A stretch of 64,000 nucleotides of DNA from an uncultured Gammaproteobacteria bacterium (GCA_964625535.1 CAZVEX010000002.1:21559-85558), one strand, 5' to 3'; counted from the stretch's first letter, positions 35,425-46,593 are shown. Notes: generated by a model from the sequence alone, not told the origin. Numbers and translations: made by a program.

Positions 35425-36873
35425 CTATTGCAAGGCATCTGTATTAACGCCGTCTTTAAAATCAATTTCCGGATATTTGTGCAAAATATCTGCTAATACT
35501 TTTTTTAACTTGACATATTCCTCCGCATCCTTCGCTTCGTATTTGATGGTAATATAGGGACCGTTTTGAGAAGCGCGAATGACTCCCATCTCATGATCGG
35601 TATCAAAGCGCACTCCGTCAATTTCCACATAAGAAGCAGTTGGATAGATAGCTTTGATATCTTTGGTAATCCCGCCGGAAACAAGTTTAAACTTAATATT
35701 ATCAGGACATCCGACTTTCACTTCCGGACTGCTGTGATATTTAGGCAGTTCATCCACCACTTGATCCAGCGATTTACCAACTCTGGTTAAATAAGCTAAC
35801 AGTCTCAAAGTGGCATACGCCTCATCGTCATGTCCGTAAAAATTATCCGAAAAAAACATGTGGCCGGATAGCTCCCCTGCAAAAGGAGCTCTCTCTTCTC
35901 TAAGCTTTGCTTTAATAAAGGAATGGCCGGCCATCCAAATTATGGGTTCACCTCCATGTGCCTCGATTACATCTCTTGTCTGCTTAGAACATAGGACATT
36001 AAATATTATTTTTGCTCCTGGCATAAAATCCAAAACATCCATGGCAAAGATAGAAACCAGTGTATCATTCCAGATTAATCTGCCGGCGGAATCAACTATC
36101 CCCATTCTGTCTCCGTCGGTATCATAGGAAAATCCCATATCTGCCTTTTCTTTTTTAACTCTCTCTGCCAATCTTTCCTGTACTTCCCGCTCTGTTGGGT
36201 CGGCAGTTCCCAAAGGAAAAGTGCCGTCAAGCTCGGTATGTTGCTCTACGACTTCACATCCTGCTTCCCGCAAAATCTTGGGTAAAAAAAGACCGGCAGT
36301 CCCATATATTGTATCTACTACTACTTTAAATTTCTTTATCTTTCCTACCCTTCTTAAAATATCTACCTTATATTCAGGAAAAATATCCTTTTTCGTATAT
36401 TTTGCTTTGCGGTTAAATTTTTTAAACTGTCCGTCCTTGGCAATTTCTTTTAACTCCTGAATCTCTTGGGTAGTCATGGTGTCGGAAAATCCCACAGCCA
36501 TTTTTATACCGTTGTACTGGGCAGGATTATGAGAGGCTGTAATCATGGCTGCTCCTTTAAAACGCAAGGGGTATTGGGCAAAATAAACAATTTGGGCAAG
36601 AGATAAACCTATATCCACCACGTCAACACCACTATCCAGCAAACCTTTAACAAATGCTTTAGTGTAAGATTCAGATGTGGTTCTGTTATCCCTTCCAACA
36701 ATAACCTCCCAAATTCTTCTTTGATACAAAAATGTGGCATAAGCTCTGCCCAAAAACTCCATTACCTCTTCAGATAAATCTACTTCCGAAACTCCCCTTA
36801 GATCATAGCCCCGGAATATATGGTCATTAATAGTAACTTTTGCCATGTGATCTACTATATCATGGCTAGGCAA
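35425..36873 (-). CDS. phosphoglucomutase/phosphomannomutase
   Basis: Active-site TASHNP and Mg-binding DTDGDR motifs. Confidence 0.85.
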   Translation of the reverse strand: MPSHDIVDHMAKVTINDHIFRGYDLRGVSEVDLSEEVMEFLGRAYATFLYQRRIWEVIVGRDNRTTSESYTKAFVKGLLDSGVDVVDIGLSLAQIVYFAQYPLRFKGAAMITASHNPAQYNGIKMAVGFSDTMTTQEIQELKEIAKDGQFKKFNRKAKYTKKDIFPEYKVDILRRVGKIKKFKVVVDTIYGTAGLFLPKILREAGCEVVEQHTELDGTFPLGTADPTEREVQERLAERVKKEKADMGFSYDTDGDRMGIVDSAGRLIWNDTLVSIFAMDVLDFMPGAKIIFNVLCSKQTRDVIEAHGGEPIIWMAGHSFIKAKLREERAPFAGELSGHMFFSDNFYGHDDEAYATLRLLAYLTRVGKSLDQVVDELPKYHSSPEVKVGCPDNIKFKLVSGGITKDIKAIYPTASYVEIDGVRFDTDHEMGVIRASQNGPYITIKYEAKDAEEYVKLKKVLADILHKYPEIDFKDGVNTDALQ

Positions 36874-36888
36874 TTACTGCCAATAGGA

Positions 36889-37302
36889 TTACCTTTTTGG
36901 AGATTGTTTTTTGGCCCTGGCTTTTTGGGCATGGCCGTATTTGCGTCTTTCCTTAACACGAGCATCACGCATCAATAGACCGGCTTTTTTTAAAAGGGGC
37001 CTAAATTTTTTATCCTCCAGCTTTGCCAAAGCTCTGGATATCCCATGGATTATAGCCCCCAACTGGGCCGCTTTACCCCCACCTTCCACTTTGATAGAGA
37101 TATTAAATTTTCCGGAAGTTTGGGTAATCTCAAATGGACGATTGTACTGCTTTTGCAAGATAGTCCCCGGAAAATACTCTGCAACACTCTTGCCATTAAC
37201 AGTCACTTGACCCTGGCCCGGCATCAACCTAACTTTGGCCAAGGCTTCTTTTCTTCTGCCTACAGTATAAATGGCTGATGGTATCTTTGGTTTTTCCTCC
37301 AT
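36889..37302 (-). CDS. rpsI: 30S ribosomal protein S9
   Basis: C-terminal GGGKAAQLGAIIHGISRAL...RKYGHAQKARAKKQSPKR. Confidence 0.9.
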   Translation of the reverse strand: MEEKPKIPSAIYTVGRRKEALAKVRLMPGQGQVTVNGKSVAEYFPGTILQKQYNRPFEITQTSGKFNISIKVEGGGKAAQLGAIIHGISRALAKLEDKKFRPLLKKAGLLMRDARVKERRKYGHAQKARAKKQSPKR

Positions 37303-37694
37303 TATGTTTCCTCCGCGGCATATACTTTTAGCTTTTTGATCATTTGTTGACCGAGTTTACCCCTGGGAATCATGCCTTTGACCGCATGTTCGATGATATA
37401 TTCCGGCTTGCGTACAATCATTTTATCAAAAGTTTCACTCTTTAGGCCGCCGGGATAATCTGAATGACGGACGTATTTTTTTTGCACCATCTTCTTACCT
37501 GTCACTTTAATTTTCGCAGCATTTACGACTACCACCAAATCTCCCGTGTCAAGATAAGGCACGTAGTTTGGCTTGTGTTTACCCATCAACAATGTGGCCA
37601 CTTGGGTAGATAACCTGCCCAGTATTTGCCCGGCAGCATCAATTACATGCTTTTCTCGCTTTATATCTTTGGCCGATAAAACATTAGTATTCAT
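37302..37694 (-). CDS. rplM: 50S ribosomal protein L13
   Basis: 130-aa L13 pattern (DAAGQILGRLSTQVA). Confidence 0.9.
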   Translation of the reverse strand: MNTNVLSAKDIKREKHVIDAAGQILGRLSTQVATLLMGKHKPNYVPYLDTGDLVVVVNAAKIKVTGKKMVQKKYVRHSDYPGGLKSETFDKMIVRKPEYIIEHAVKGMIPRGKLGQQMIKKLKVYAAEET

Positions 37695-38041
37695 TTTTTA
37701 AGTAAACTCATCCTCACCATCATGGCTCCGTCTCCTTGGCGCGGGCCAAGTTTTACCAGAGAGGTATAACCCGAAGTTCTTGATTTTAAGACAGGAATAA
37801 CTTCTTGAATTAATTTTTCCTGAATTTTTTTGGAGGTCAAAAATGTTTGCAATAATCTTCTGGTATTGGGAGTTTTAGCCTGATTGATGATCTTATCCAC
37901 CAACCCTTTAATAGCTTTAGCTTTGGCTTCGCTTACTTGTATGCTACCATGCAGAATTAAACTGCCTACTAGATTTTTAAATAGTGCAGCCCGCTCATTT
38001 TTATCTCTTCCAAGGTGTTTACCATAAACTTTATGCCTCAC
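37691..38041 (-). CDS. rplQ: 50S ribosomal protein L17
   Basis: MRHKVYGKHLGRDKNERAALFKNL... N-terminus. Confidence 0.9.
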   Translation of the reverse strand: MRHKVYGKHLGRDKNERAALFKNLVGSLILHGSIQVSEAKAKAIKGLVDKIINQAKTPNTRRLLQTFLTSKKIQEKLIQEVIPVLKSRTSGYTSLVKLGPRQGDGAMMVRMSLLKK

Positions 38042-38933
38042 GCAAAGTTAGCCCCCTCTCTAAAAGCTTTTCCGATATTAAACTCAATGATTTTGCTCCC
38101 AGGTTCTTAGCTTTGAGAAGCTCTGCGCGGGAAACACTAAGCAATTCCTCAATAGAATTTATCTCAATAGCTCTTAGAGCATTGGTAATTCTAACAGGCA
38201 AATCCAGTTCTTCCACGGTCATCTTTAGCATCTCGTCCGAAATTGCAGGAGTTGCTTCTACCTCTTCTTCCTGATCGGGTTCATAGATTTTACGGAAAGT
38301 GTCTGATAAAATTTTGGCTGCTTCGTTTAAAGCGGCAAGAGGGGTAATCGTACCGTCAGTTGTAATCTCCAAAGTCAATTTATCAAAATTGGTTTTTCTA
38401 CCCACCCGGGTGGGTTCAACCGTATAATTGCAAGCCACCACAGGAGAAAATAAGGCATCAGTAGCAATTACTCCAATTTCAGTACCTTTCCTATCCTCGG
38501 CCATAGAATACCCTCTCCCAGTTTCTACTGTCATCTCCATATTAAGCTTGGCTTTGGAATCATTTAAAGTAGCAATCACCTGATCGGGATTGGCCACTTC
38601 CCCATCTCCCTCTATCTGTAAATCTCCTGCCTTAACTTGTCCCTTGCCGTTGGCTTTAACAGTGAGCTTGATCCCCTTATCTGAATGAATTTTAATCCTA
38701 ATCTTTTTGATATTTAATATAATTTCAATAACATCTTCCGATATGCCCTCAATGGTGGAAAATTGATGAGCCACCCCGTCTATTTTGACAGAGGTCACGG
38801 CCGAGCCCAAGAGAGAAGTCAAAAGCGCTCTTCGCAAGCTGTTTCCCAAGGTATGACCAAAGCCACTCTCGAGAGGTTCGAGAATAACTTTGGCGTGATT
38901 TTCTTTTGTAATTTCTTCTTTTACTTTAAACAT
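38031..38933 (-). CDS. rpoA: DNA-directed RNA polymerase alpha subunit
   Basis: N-terminal dimerisation domain plus C-terminal alpha-CTD (LNLS...NALRAIEINSIEELL). Confidence 0.9.
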   Translation of the reverse strand: MFKVKEEITKENHAKVILEPLESGFGHTLGNSLRRALLTSLLGSAVTSVKIDGVAHQFSTIEGISEDVIEIILNIKKIRIKIHSDKGIKLTVKANGKGQVKAGDLQIEGDGEVANPDQVIATLNDSKAKLNMEMTVETGRGYSMAEDRKGTEIGVIATDALFSPVVACNYTVEPTRVGRKTNFDKLTLEITTDGTITPLAALNEAAKILSDTFRKIYEPDQEEEVEATPAISDEMLKMTVEELDLPVRITNALRAIEINSIEELLSVSRAELLKAKNLGAKSLSLISEKLLERGLTLREA

Positions 38934-39535
38934 TATCGTGAATAATACTCAACAATCAATTGTTCATCAATTGCCTGCTCCATCTCTTCCCGCTCCGGTA
39001 ATCTTAAAACCTTGCCCAAAGTAGCCTTTCTTTCAAGCCACCCCGGCAAGGTTTCCTGATCCGCTAAATTCTTCAGAACCTGTGTATTATCTGATAATTT
39101 GGGTAATAATGCAATAGTTTGCCCTACTTTAATTTGATAAGAGGGAATATTGACCTTTTTACCCTCAACTGTGACGTGTCCGTGACTAACCAGCTGTCTA
39201 GCCTGGGCTCTGCTTTTAGCAAAACCCAGCCTGTAAACCGTATTATCAAGTCTGGTTTCCAAAAGCCGTATCAGGCTTAAGCCCGTTGCTCCTTTGACTT
39301 TCGCCGCTTTTTGAAAATAGCGTTTAAATTGTTTCTCCAAAATACCGTAAAACCTCTTAGCCTTTTGTTTTTCTCTAAGTTCTAAACCATATTCCGAGAC
39401 TCTACGTCTTCTGCCTAATCCATGTTGCCCCGGTGGCACTGCCCCTTTTCTTTCAAGCGCTTTAGCATCCTTGGCAAATAGAGCAATACCTTCGCGTCTC
39501 GATAATCTTCTTTTGGGACCGGTGTAACGAGCCAT
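38933..39535 (-). CDS. rpsD: 30S ribosomal protein S4
   Basis: MARYTGPKRRLSRREG N-terminus. Confidence 0.9.
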   Translation of the reverse strand: MARYTGPKRRLSRREGIALFAKDAKALERKGAVPPGQHGLGRRRRVSEYGLELREKQKAKRFYGILEKQFKRYFQKAAKVKGATGLSLIRLLETRLDNTVYRLGFAKSRAQARQLVSHGHVTVEGKKVNIPSYQIKVGQTIALLPKLSDNTQVLKNLADQETLPGWLERKATLGKVLRLPEREEMEQAIDEQLIVEYYSR

Positions 39536-39927
39536 TACACCCTCCTCCTCTTTTTTGGCCTTGGACCATTATGAGGAATTGGCGTCATATCGGCAATCAT
39601 GGTAATGTTTACCCCTGCCCCTCTTAAAGCTTTTATAGTTGCATCCCTTCCGGACCCGGGCCCCTTAATATAGACCTCAACGGCACTCATTCCATAACCT
39701 TTTGCTTTCTGGGCCAGCGCTTCCATGGCCGAAATAGCAGCGAAAGGAGTTGCTCTTCTGGCGCCTTTAAAACCGGCTGTTCCGGAGGTAGCCCATGCCA
39801 GGGTATTACCGGCATTATCAGTCAAAGTCACCAAAGTATTATTAAATGTAGCAGTCACATAAACCCTGCCGCTTTGCAGTTTTTTTTCTTCTTTTTGTTT
39901 TTTTACTTTTGTTTTCTGCTTAATCAT
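39535..39927 (-). CDS. rpsK: 30S ribosomal protein S11
   Basis: TATFNNTLVTLTD ... GFKGARRATPFAA. Confidence 0.9.
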   Translation of the reverse strand: MIKQKTKVKKQKEEKKLQSGRVYVTATFNNTLVTLTDNAGNTLAWATSGTAGFKGARRATPFAAISAMEALAQKAKGYGMSAVEVYIKGPGSGRDATIKALRGAGVNITMIADMTPIPHNGPRPKKRRRV

Positions 39928-39929
39928 AG

Positions 39930-40346
39930 TTATTTAGCAGTCTCCTGGCTTTTGGTGTCACCTGTTGGCGTAGATGTTGCTTCCTTTTTAATAGCGCCAA
40001 TTGTTTTTCTCTTGCCTCTTCTTGTCCTCGCATTGGAACGGGTGCGCTGTCCACGAACTGGCAAACCCTTTCTGTGTCTTAGACCCCTGAAACTACCAAT
40101 GTCTTCCAATCTTTTGATGTTTTGTTCAATCCCTTGTCTTAAATCTCCCTCTACTTTAAACTGCTCAACCGCTTTTTGTAACTTATTAACCTCTTCTTCG
40201 GTCAGATCCTTAACTTTCTTCGCTCTATCAACTCCCGTATCTTTGATCAAAGATACCACATTGGACCTGCCTATACCGAAAATATAGGTTAGTCCGATAT
40301 CAACTCTTTTTTCACTTGGCAAATCAACTCCTGCAATCCTAGCCAT
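39930..40346 (-). CDS. rpsM: 30S ribosomal protein S13
   Basis: [11 protein letters not shown]-terminus. Confidence 0.9.
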   Translation of the reverse strand: MARIAGVDLPSEKRVDIGLTYIFGIGRSNVVSLIKDTGVDRAKKVKDLTEEEVNKLQKAVEQFKVEGDLRQGIEQNIKRLEDIGSFRGLRHRKGLPVRGQRTRSNARTRRGKRKTIGAIKKEATSTPTGDTKSQETAK

Positions 40347-40349
40347 AAT

Positions 40350-40466
40350 TTATCCTTGTCTTTGCTTGTGTCTTGGATCACGGGGGCAGATGACATATAA
40401 AATGCCTTCCCTTTTGACCACTTTGCAAAATTTACATCTTGTTTTTATACTGGCTTGTACTTTCAT
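40350..40466 (-). CDS. rpmJ: 50S ribosomal protein L36
   Basis: Hand translation [38 protein letters not shown]. It is not in the ORF track (<60 aa). Confidence 0.85.
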   Translation of the reverse strand: MKVQASIKTRCKFCKVVKREGILYVICPRDPRHKQRQG

Positions 40467-40518
40467 ATTTTTGATCCTTTCAAAAATTCAAGGTTCTGCG
40501 ATTAGCAGGTTCTTATAA

Positions 40519-40764
40519 CTATTTTAATCTAAATGTGATCCTTCCTTTATCCAAATCATATCTGGGACTCATTTCTACCCTGACTCTATCCCCTTCCAAA
40601 AGCCTGATATAGTGCATTCTCATTTTACCGGAGATATGACACAAAATCACCCTTCCCAAAAGTTCCGCTACGGCGCTTTTTTCAATTTCTACTCTAAATA
40701 AAGTGTTGGGTAAAACTTCAACAACTTTACCTTCTATCTCAATAACATCTTTTGTTTGCATCAT
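40519..40764 (-). CDS. infA: translation initiation factor IF-1
   Basis: S1-like fold with LPNTLFRVE ... [18 protein letters not shown] ... [10 protein letters not shown]. Confidence 0.9.
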   Translation of the reverse strand: MMQTKDVIEIEGKVVEVLPNTLFRVEIEKSAVAELLGRVILCHISGKMRMHYIRLLEGDRVRVEMSPRYDLDKGRITFRLK

Positions 40765-40813
40765 AGTATTCTAACAAAATCAGCTTCAATATACAACCCA
40801 TAGGATTTACAAT

Positions 40814-41545
40814 CTAAGTCAATACTTCAGCTCTATCCTTGCCAACTGCCACAGTCATTTCGAATACGCCTCCCCAGGAGCCATCGGCTGTTGAGTAGGT
40901 CCAACCGTCGCCGTCCAAGACTACATCCGATGTTCCCTTGGCATAAATCACCTCAATTGCTATAGTCATACCTGCCTGAAGAGGCATTCCTGTTCCCTTC
41001 ATACCAAAACCCGGAATCTCCGGCTCCTCATGAAGCTTTTTTCCGATCCCGTGCCCAACCAAACTTCTCACTACATGGTATCCTGACCCCTCCACCTTAC
41101 TCTGAATGGCAAAAGAAATATCTCCTATCATATTTCCCTCTATCGCCTGGGCAATCCCGTCGCGCAATGCTTCTTCCCCAACCTTCAGAAATTTTTCTTT
41201 GTCTCGGTCTTTGCCCAATAATACACTCCAAGCACAATCCGTATGCCAACCCTTAAAACTAACTGCTAAATCTACACTGACCAAATCACCTCTGACAAAT
41301 TTTCTATCCGTTGGTATTCCATGTACCACTTGTTCATTAACAGTAATACAGGTGGCAAATCTATAATTTGGTACGGTTTTATAAGACAGGTCTCCGCCTA
41401 GTTTATAAATCTTCTCTCTGGCAATTTTATCTACTTCCAGCTCGCTAACCCCGGGCAAAACTATCTCCAAAGACTTTTTTAAAGCTGCTGCGGCAATTCT
41501 CCCGCTCTCTCTCATCAGCTTTAATTCATAACTATTCCTAATCAT
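40814..41545 (-). CDS. map: methionine aminopeptidase type I
   Basis: Pita-bread metal-ligand pattern (D...D...H...E...E). Confidence 0.85.
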   Translation of the reverse strand: MIRNSYELKLMRESGRIAAAALKKSLEIVLPGVSELEVDKIAREKIYKLGGDLSYKTVPNYRFATCITVNEQVVHGIPTDRKFVRGDLVSVDLAVSFKGWHTDCAWSVLLGKDRDKEKFLKVGEEALRDGIAQAIEGNMIGDISFAIQSKVEGSGYHVVRSLVGHGIGKKLHEEPEIPGFGMKGTGMPLQAGMTIAIEVIYAKGTSDVVLDGDGWTYSTADGSWGGVFEMTVAVGKDRAEVLT

Positions 41546-42053
41546 TTATCGCGTCCCTTATTCTTTGTTGTACTCTATCAATGCTACTCAATCCATCAAT
41601 TTGTTTAAGCATCCCTTTTTGTTGATAATAATCCAAAACAGGATCTGTTTGCTGATGGTAATTTCTTAATCTTTCAGCAATTAACTCTGCTGTATCATCC
41701 TCTCTGGCTCTTGCCAGAAGTCTTCTTGTAGCCTCTTCATCAGATAGATCTAAATAGATTACCTTGTCAAAGCCCGGATCAAAAAGTTTTATTTGCTCCA
41801 TAGTCCTGGGATAACCGTCAAGAATAAAACCATTCCTATATTCTTCTTCTCTTAATTTTTCCTCGACTATTTTAGATGTGGTTTGATCATCAACCAGTTT
41901 TCCCTGATCCAAAATTTGTTTGATTTCCCCTGTCATGGCCCGAAAAATATCACCTGTTGAAATGTACGGTAGTCCCAAAAATTGGGCCAGTAATTTACCT
42001 TGAGTTGATTTACCCGATCCTTGCGCACCCAAAAATAATATTTTTTTAATCAT
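41538..42053 (-). CDS. adk: adenylate kinase (short form)
   Basis: [11 protein letters not shown]-loop and an LID-less short form. Confidence 0.85.
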   Translation of the reverse strand: MIKKILFLGAQGSGKSTQGKLLAQFLGLPYISTGDIFRAMTGEIKQILDQGKLVDDQTTSKIVEEKLREEEYRNGFILDGYPRTMEQIKLFDPGFDKVIYLDLSDEEATRRLLARAREDDTAELIAERLRNYHQQTDPVLDYYQQKGMLKQIDGLSSIDRVQQRIRDAIND

Positions 42054-43348
42054 ACCGGCCTTTTGGTAAACACATCGTAACTTCGCTCAATCAGTTTGCT
42101 TTCAAACTGTTTAGCCGTATCCATAATAACCGACACTACAATCAACAGTCCGGTACCACCCAAAATCAGAGTGGTAATGCCTGTCAGCTGTGAGGCGATG
42201 GAAGGTAGAATTGCAATTAACCCCAAAAAGATGGCTCCTGCCAGAGTAACTCTGACCAAAATGTAATTTAGGAATCTGGCTGTGGAAGTACCCGGTCTAA
42301 TCCCCGGAATAAAACCCCCGTATTTTTTTATCTCATCCGCTACTTTAGTGGGATTAAAAATAACGGCGGTATAGAAAAAGGTAAACCCTACCACCAGCAA
42401 AAAATAAACGCTGTTGTAAGTGACACTCGACGGATTAAAATTAGAAACCAAAAATCTTCCCAAAAATGACAGCTGCGCTTGAGGAAGTTGCGATAAATAA
42501 GAACCTGCAAACGAAGGAATCAAAACCAGGGAAACGGCAAAGATAATGGGGATAACTCCGGCTTGATTAACTCGGAGGGGCAAATAAGTTTGAGCTCCTC
42601 CGGGACCGGATTTATCGCCAATAAATCTTCTGGCATACTGGACAGCGATTTGTCTTCTGCCTTCATTAATAAAAACAACCGACGCTATCACCAAAACTGC
42701 CAGAGCGGCGAATATTAAAATATTGATCAACTGCTGCTGATCAAAGATGGTGGCTGTCTGCCCGAAAACCACCGGAATTCTGGCAACAATTCCTGCAAAT
42801 ATTAAAAGCGAAATGCCATTACCAATGCCATATTCCGTAATGAGCTCCCCCAGCCACATCAAAAATATTGTTCCTGCGGTCATACCCATAATGATGGCTA
42901 TAATTTGAATGGGGGAAACAGCCGCCACAATCCCCTGGTTTTTTAAAAGCACAAACATCCCTATAGCTTGTAACACGGCCAGCGGCACGGTTAAATATCT
43001 GGTATATTGATTGATTTTCCCTCTACCATATTCTCCTTCTTTCGACAGTGCCTCCAGCTTTGGCCAAACCATGGTTAACAGTTGTATAATGATTGAAGCA
43101 TTAATGTAAGGGTTTAGCCCCAGGGAAATAATGGAAAAATTAGCCAGCGTCCCCCCGCTGAAAATATCAAGTAACCCCAAGAATTGATTGGAAGAAAACA
43201 AAGCTTGTAGAGCGGCCAGATCTACACCGGAAACAGGAATATGAGCAACTATTCTAAAAATAAAGATAATTATGATCGTAATAAAGATTTTCCGTCGCAG
43301 TTCCGGAATCTTAAAAGCGTTGGTTATAGGAGCCAGAATATTAGACAT
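42050..43348 (-). CDS. secY: preprotein translocase subunit SecY
   Basis: Ten-TM SecY pattern at its conserved position after rplO. Confidence 0.9.
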   Translation of the reverse strand: MSNILAPITNAFKIPELRRKIFITIIIIFIFRIVAHIPVSGVDLAALQALFSSNQFLGLLDIFSGGTLANFSIISLGLNPYINASIIIQLLTMVWPKLEALSKEGEYGRGKINQYTRYLTVPLAVLQAIGMFVLLKNQGIVAAVSPIQIIAIIMGMTAGTIFLMWLGELITEYGIGNGISLLIFAGIVARIPVVFGQTATIFDQQQLINILIFAALAVLVIASVVFINEGRRQIAVQYARRFIGDKSGPGGAQTYLPLRVNQAGVIPIIFAVSLVLIPSFAGSYLSQLPQAQLSFLGRFLVSNFNPSSVTYNSVYFLLVVGFTFFYTAVIFNPTKVADEIKKYGGFIPGIRPGTSTARFLNYILVRVTLAGAIFLGLIAILPSIASQLTGITTLILGGTGLLIVVSVIMDTAKQFESKLIERSYDVFTKRPV

Positions 43349-43775
43349 TTTCTACCTTTCCCCCTTTGTCTTCAATTGTTGCTCTAACGCTTTTCGAAAC
43401 CGGCACCTTAACGGTTAAAGCTTTTTCCAGTTGCCCGTTTCCTAAAATTTTAACGCCCGCTGTCATCTCTTTCTCGCTCACAACTTTCGCCTTCACAAGC
43501 TGTTCCATATCGATAGTAGCGCGGGCAGGAAAAACATTAAGCTGTGAGAGAGACACTACTTTGGGCTTTAACAAAGTCTTTAGATTACCAAAACCGCGTT
43601 TTAGAGGCAATTTTTTATAAAAAGGCATACTTCCTGTAAAGGTAGCCGGAATCTTGCCGCGGGCTTTTTGCCCTTTGGTGCCCCGGCCGGCAGTTTTTCC
43701 CCGACCGGAACCCACTCCACGACCCATTCTCTTACGAGATTTAAGATTAATTTTGATTAATTTATGTAGTTTCAT
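43341..43775 (-). CDS. rplO: 50S ribosomal protein L15
   Basis: Gly/Arg-rich N-terminus [22 protein letters not shown]. Confidence 0.9.
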   Translation of the reverse strand: MKLHKLIKINLKSRKRMGRGVGSGRGKTAGRGTKGQKARGKIPATFTGSMPFYKKLPLKRGFGNLKTLLKPKVVSLSQLNVFPARATIDMEQLVKAKVVSEKEMTAGVKILGNGQLEKALTVKVPVSKSVRATIEDKGGKVENV

Positions 43776-44248
43776 ATTTTTTTCAATTTCCCCAAAGCCT
43801 CCAGCGTGGCGTATACATTAGACGCCCGATTTTTGGTCCCTAAAGTTTTTGATACAATATCATGAATTCCCGCAGCCTCTACCACAACTCTCACTGCCCC
43901 TCCGGCAATTACTCCTGTACCTTCTCTTGCCGGTTTCAATAAAACCTTGGCCGCACCTACTTTAACAAGTATCATATGGGGGATAGTCCGACCTTTTAAG
44001 GGTACATCTATTAGATGTCTTTTTGCATAGGCAGTTGCTTTTTTAACTGCCGATTGGACATCGGCTGCCTTGCCCAAACCAACTCCCACCCGTCCTTTCC
44101 GGTCGCCTACCACCACAATCACAGAAAGAGATCTTTTATCTCCTCCTTTAGTTTTCTTAGAGACTCTATTTACCTGAACCACTCTTTCAAAAAATTCAGA
44201 TTCTTCTCTGACAGTATTTGAATAAGAATTTCTATTACCCCGAATCAT
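43772..44248 (-). CDS. rpsE: 30S ribosomal protein S5
   Basis: RVSKKTKGG...VVVGD ... GTGVIAGGAVR. Confidence 0.9.
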   Translation of the reverse strand: MIRGNRNSYSNTVREESEFFERVVQVNRVSKKTKGGDKRSLSVIVVVGDRKGRVGVGLGKAADVQSAVKKATAYAKRHLIDVPLKGRTIPHMILVKVGAAKVLLKPAREGTGVIAGGAVRVVVEAAGIHDIVSKTLGTKNRASNVYATLEALGKLKKI

Positions 44249-44251
44249 ATT

Positions 44252-44587
44252 TTAGAAAATTAACCCTCCATCTCTTGCGCCTTTTGCCAACTCTGCAATT
44301 CTACCATGATACAAAAACCCGCCTCTGTCAAATATCACTTTTTTAATTTTCAATTTTAAAGCTCTTTCTGCTAATTTTTTACCAACCTCATAAGCTTTTT
44401 TACCCTTATTAACCTTATCTAATTTAATGTCAGATGCTGATACTAAAGTTTTACCAACACTATCGTCAATAATTTGGGCATAGATATGTTTACCAGACCT
44501 AAACACAGATAACCTGGGTCTATCTTTAATACCCATTAATCTTTTTCTTATTTTTTTATGTCTTTTTAACCTTAATCCTTGATTCAT
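44252..44587 (-). CDS. rplR: 50S ribosomal protein L18
   Basis: RLSVFRSGKHIYAQIIDD. Confidence 0.9.
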   Translation of the reverse strand: MNQGLRLKRHKKIRKRLMGIKDRPRLSVFRSGKHIYAQIIDDSVGKTLVSASDIKLDKVNKGKKAYEVGKKLAERALKLKIKKVIFDRGGFLYHGRIAELAKGARDGGLIF

Positions 44588-44598
44588 AACTGTTTATT

Positions 44599-45165
44599 CT
44601 ACTTACTCCCACCTGCTGCGGCCGCGCCTACTTTCCCGGCCTTACCCACTTTTTTCCTGATATATTCACCTTCATATCTTATTCCCTTACCCTTATAAAC
44701 ATCCGGCGCTCTTACTTTCTTTAAATTAGCTGCCACTTGTCCCACCAGCTGCTTATCAATACCGGAAACTACAATCTTGGTATTATCGACAACTTCAAAA
44801 GTGATCCCTGTCGGTGCTTCAACTTCCACCGGGTGCGAAAATCCTACATTTAAAATTATTTTATTGCCGGTAGTTTGCGCCCTAAATCCCACCCCCACTA
44901 GCTGTAAACTATTACTCCATCCTTTAGTTACTCCCTCAATCATATTGGCAACCAGGCTTCTGGTTAAACCATGCAAAGCTTTTACTTTCTTTTGATCATT
45001 TTTTCTTCGAAAAAAAAGCTGTTTATTCTCAATTTCAACATTAATATTTTGGTCGATATCTATTTCTAAACTACCTTTATCTCCTTTAACCATTAAGTGT
45101 TTGCCGGTTTTTATAACCTCAACATTATCCGGTATTAATATTGGTAAACTACCTATTCTACTCAT
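44599..45165 (-). CDS. rplF: 50S ribosomal protein L6
   Basis: MSRIGSLPILIPDNV N-terminus with two alpha/beta repeats. Confidence 0.9.
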   Translation of the reverse strand: MSRIGSLPILIPDNVEVIKTGKHLMVKGDKGSLEIDIDQNINVEIENKQLFFRRKNDQKKVKALHGLTRSLVANMIEGVTKGWSNSLQLVGVGFRAQTTGNKIILNVGFSHPVEVEAPTGITFEVVDNTKIVVSGIDKQLVGQVAANLKKVRAPDVYKGKGIRYEGEYIRKKVGKAGKVGAAAAGGSK

Positions 45166-45174
45166 ATTTTTTTC

Positions 45175-45552
45175 TTACCAGACTAGCGCAAGCACTTCTC
45201 CTCCCAATCTTTGTTTTCGCGCCTCTTTATCAGTCATTACTCCTTTGGGCGTTGAAACAATAGCAACCCCCAAACCGTTTAAAACCGAAGGCAAACTCTT
45301 AACCCCTTTATAAATTCTTAAAGAAGGAGTGGATACTCTTTTGACATCTGTCAAGACGGGAACGCGGCCATTGTACTTGAGAATCACCAGTAGTTCTCCT
45401 TTATTTTGCTTGACGGATTCAATATAACCCTCTTGTTGCAAAAGCTTCATGATTCTTAAAATAAGTTTGGAAAATCTCACATTAACGGAAATTTTCCCTA
45501 CCAAATAACCATTTTTTATTCTAATTAGCCCGTCGGCTATTGGATCTACCAT
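45175..45552 (-). CDS. rpsH: 30S ribosomal protein S8
   Basis: [13 protein letters not shown]-terminus. Confidence 0.9.
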   Translation of the reverse strand: MVDPIADGLIRIKNGYLVGKISVNVRFSKLILRIMKLLQQEGYIESVKQNKGELLVILKYNGRVPVLTDVKRVSTPSLRIYKGVKSLPSVLNGLGVAIVSTPKGVMTDKEARKQRLGGEVLALVW

Positions 45553-45725
45553 GATGATTTTTTCACTCCCGGAAGTAAGCCCTGATGGGCAAACTCCCTA
45601 AAACAAAGCCGGCAAAGACCGAATTTTCGCAAGAACGCTCTCGATCTGCCGCATCGCAGACAACGATTTCTTTTTTGGACTTCATATTTAAATTTACTTT
45701 TAACAATGTTGCTGACTTTAGCCAT
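45546..45725 (-). CDS. rpsZ: 30S ribosomal protein S14 type Z (zinc-binding)
   Basis: Hand translation [59 protein letters not shown] (CxxC...CxxC). It is not in the ORF track. Confidence 0.85.
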   Translation of the reverse strand: MAKVSNIVKSKFKYEVQKRNRCLRCGRSRAFLRKFGLCRLCFREFAHQGLLPGVKKSSW

Positions 45726-45728
45726 AAT

Positions 45729-46268
45729 TTAACTCCTAAACGGTACTCCTAAATATTCTAATAACTTCCTGCCTTGTTCTTTATTTTTGGCGGTCGTCGT
45801 AATAGTCACTGCCAAACCTCGCGTCTTATCAATTAACTTATAATCAACTTCGGGAAATATTGTCTGCTCTTTTAATCCTATATTTAAATTACCTTGGTCA
45901 TCAAAAGAGCTAAGGGATATTCCTCTGAAATCCCTCACCTTAGGCAGAACAATATTAACCAGTTTATCCAAAAAGGCATACATCCTGTCTCCCCTCAAAG
46001 TCACCATCAACCCTACGGGTTGACCCTTGCCAACTTTAAAAGAGGCAACGGATTTCTTAGCCAAAGTTACAACAGGCGCTTGTCCAGCCAGTGCTCCCAA
46101 ATAGATTTTTACTTTATCCAAAACCCCCGCATTATCTTTAGCTTCACCCAATCCTATGCTAATAACAATTTTATGCAAACGAGGTACTGCCAATTTATTT
46201 CTTAGGCCTAACTCCTCTTGTAATTTAGCTTGCACTTCACTTATGTATTTTTCTTTAAGTCTATTCAT
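45729..46268 (-). CDS. rplE: 50S ribosomal protein L5
   Basis: [13 protein letters not shown]-terminus. Confidence 0.9.
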   Translation of the reverse strand: MNRLKEKYISEVQAKLQEELGLRNKLAVPRLHKIVISIGLGEAKDNAGVLDKVKIYLGALAGQAPVVTLAKKSVASFKVGKGQPVGLMVTLRGDRMYAFLDKLVNIVLPKVRDFRGISLSSFDDQGNLNIGLKEQTIFPEVDYKLIDKTRGLAVTITTTAKNKEQGRKLLEYLGVPFRS

Positions 46269-46593
46269 TTATCTCCTTTTTGCATTTTTTACAGACTCTT
46301 AACTTCCCGTCTTTAGTTTTTTTAAAGTTTACTTGCGTTGGTTTTTTGCACAAAGGGCAAATTAAAACCACATTGGATATATCAATCGGCTTTGGTATTT
46401 CTATAATTCCTCCTTCGGTTTGACCTTGTTTTTTAACATGCCTTTTGTAAACATTAACCCCCAAAATTAACACCTTGCCCTTTTTACCAAAGACTTTCTC
46501 CACGGTGCCTTCTTTTCCGCGGTCTTTTCCCAACAACACCTTGACTTTATCTCCTTTTTTTATCTTCGAAGAAGATTTTCTTTTCATCACCAA
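46261..46593 (-). CDS. rplX: 50S ribosomal protein L24 (with a C-terminal CxxC...CxxC extension)
   Basis: [21 protein letters not shown] motif. The tail CPLCKK...CKKCKK is an unusual zinc-ribbon-like extension. Confidence 0.85.
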   Translation of the reverse strand: MVMKRKSSSKIKKGDKVKVLLGKDRGKEGTVEKVFGKKGKVLILGVNVYKRHVKKQGQTEGGIIEIPKPIDISNVVLICPLCKKPTQVNFKKTKDGKLRVCKKCKKEINE

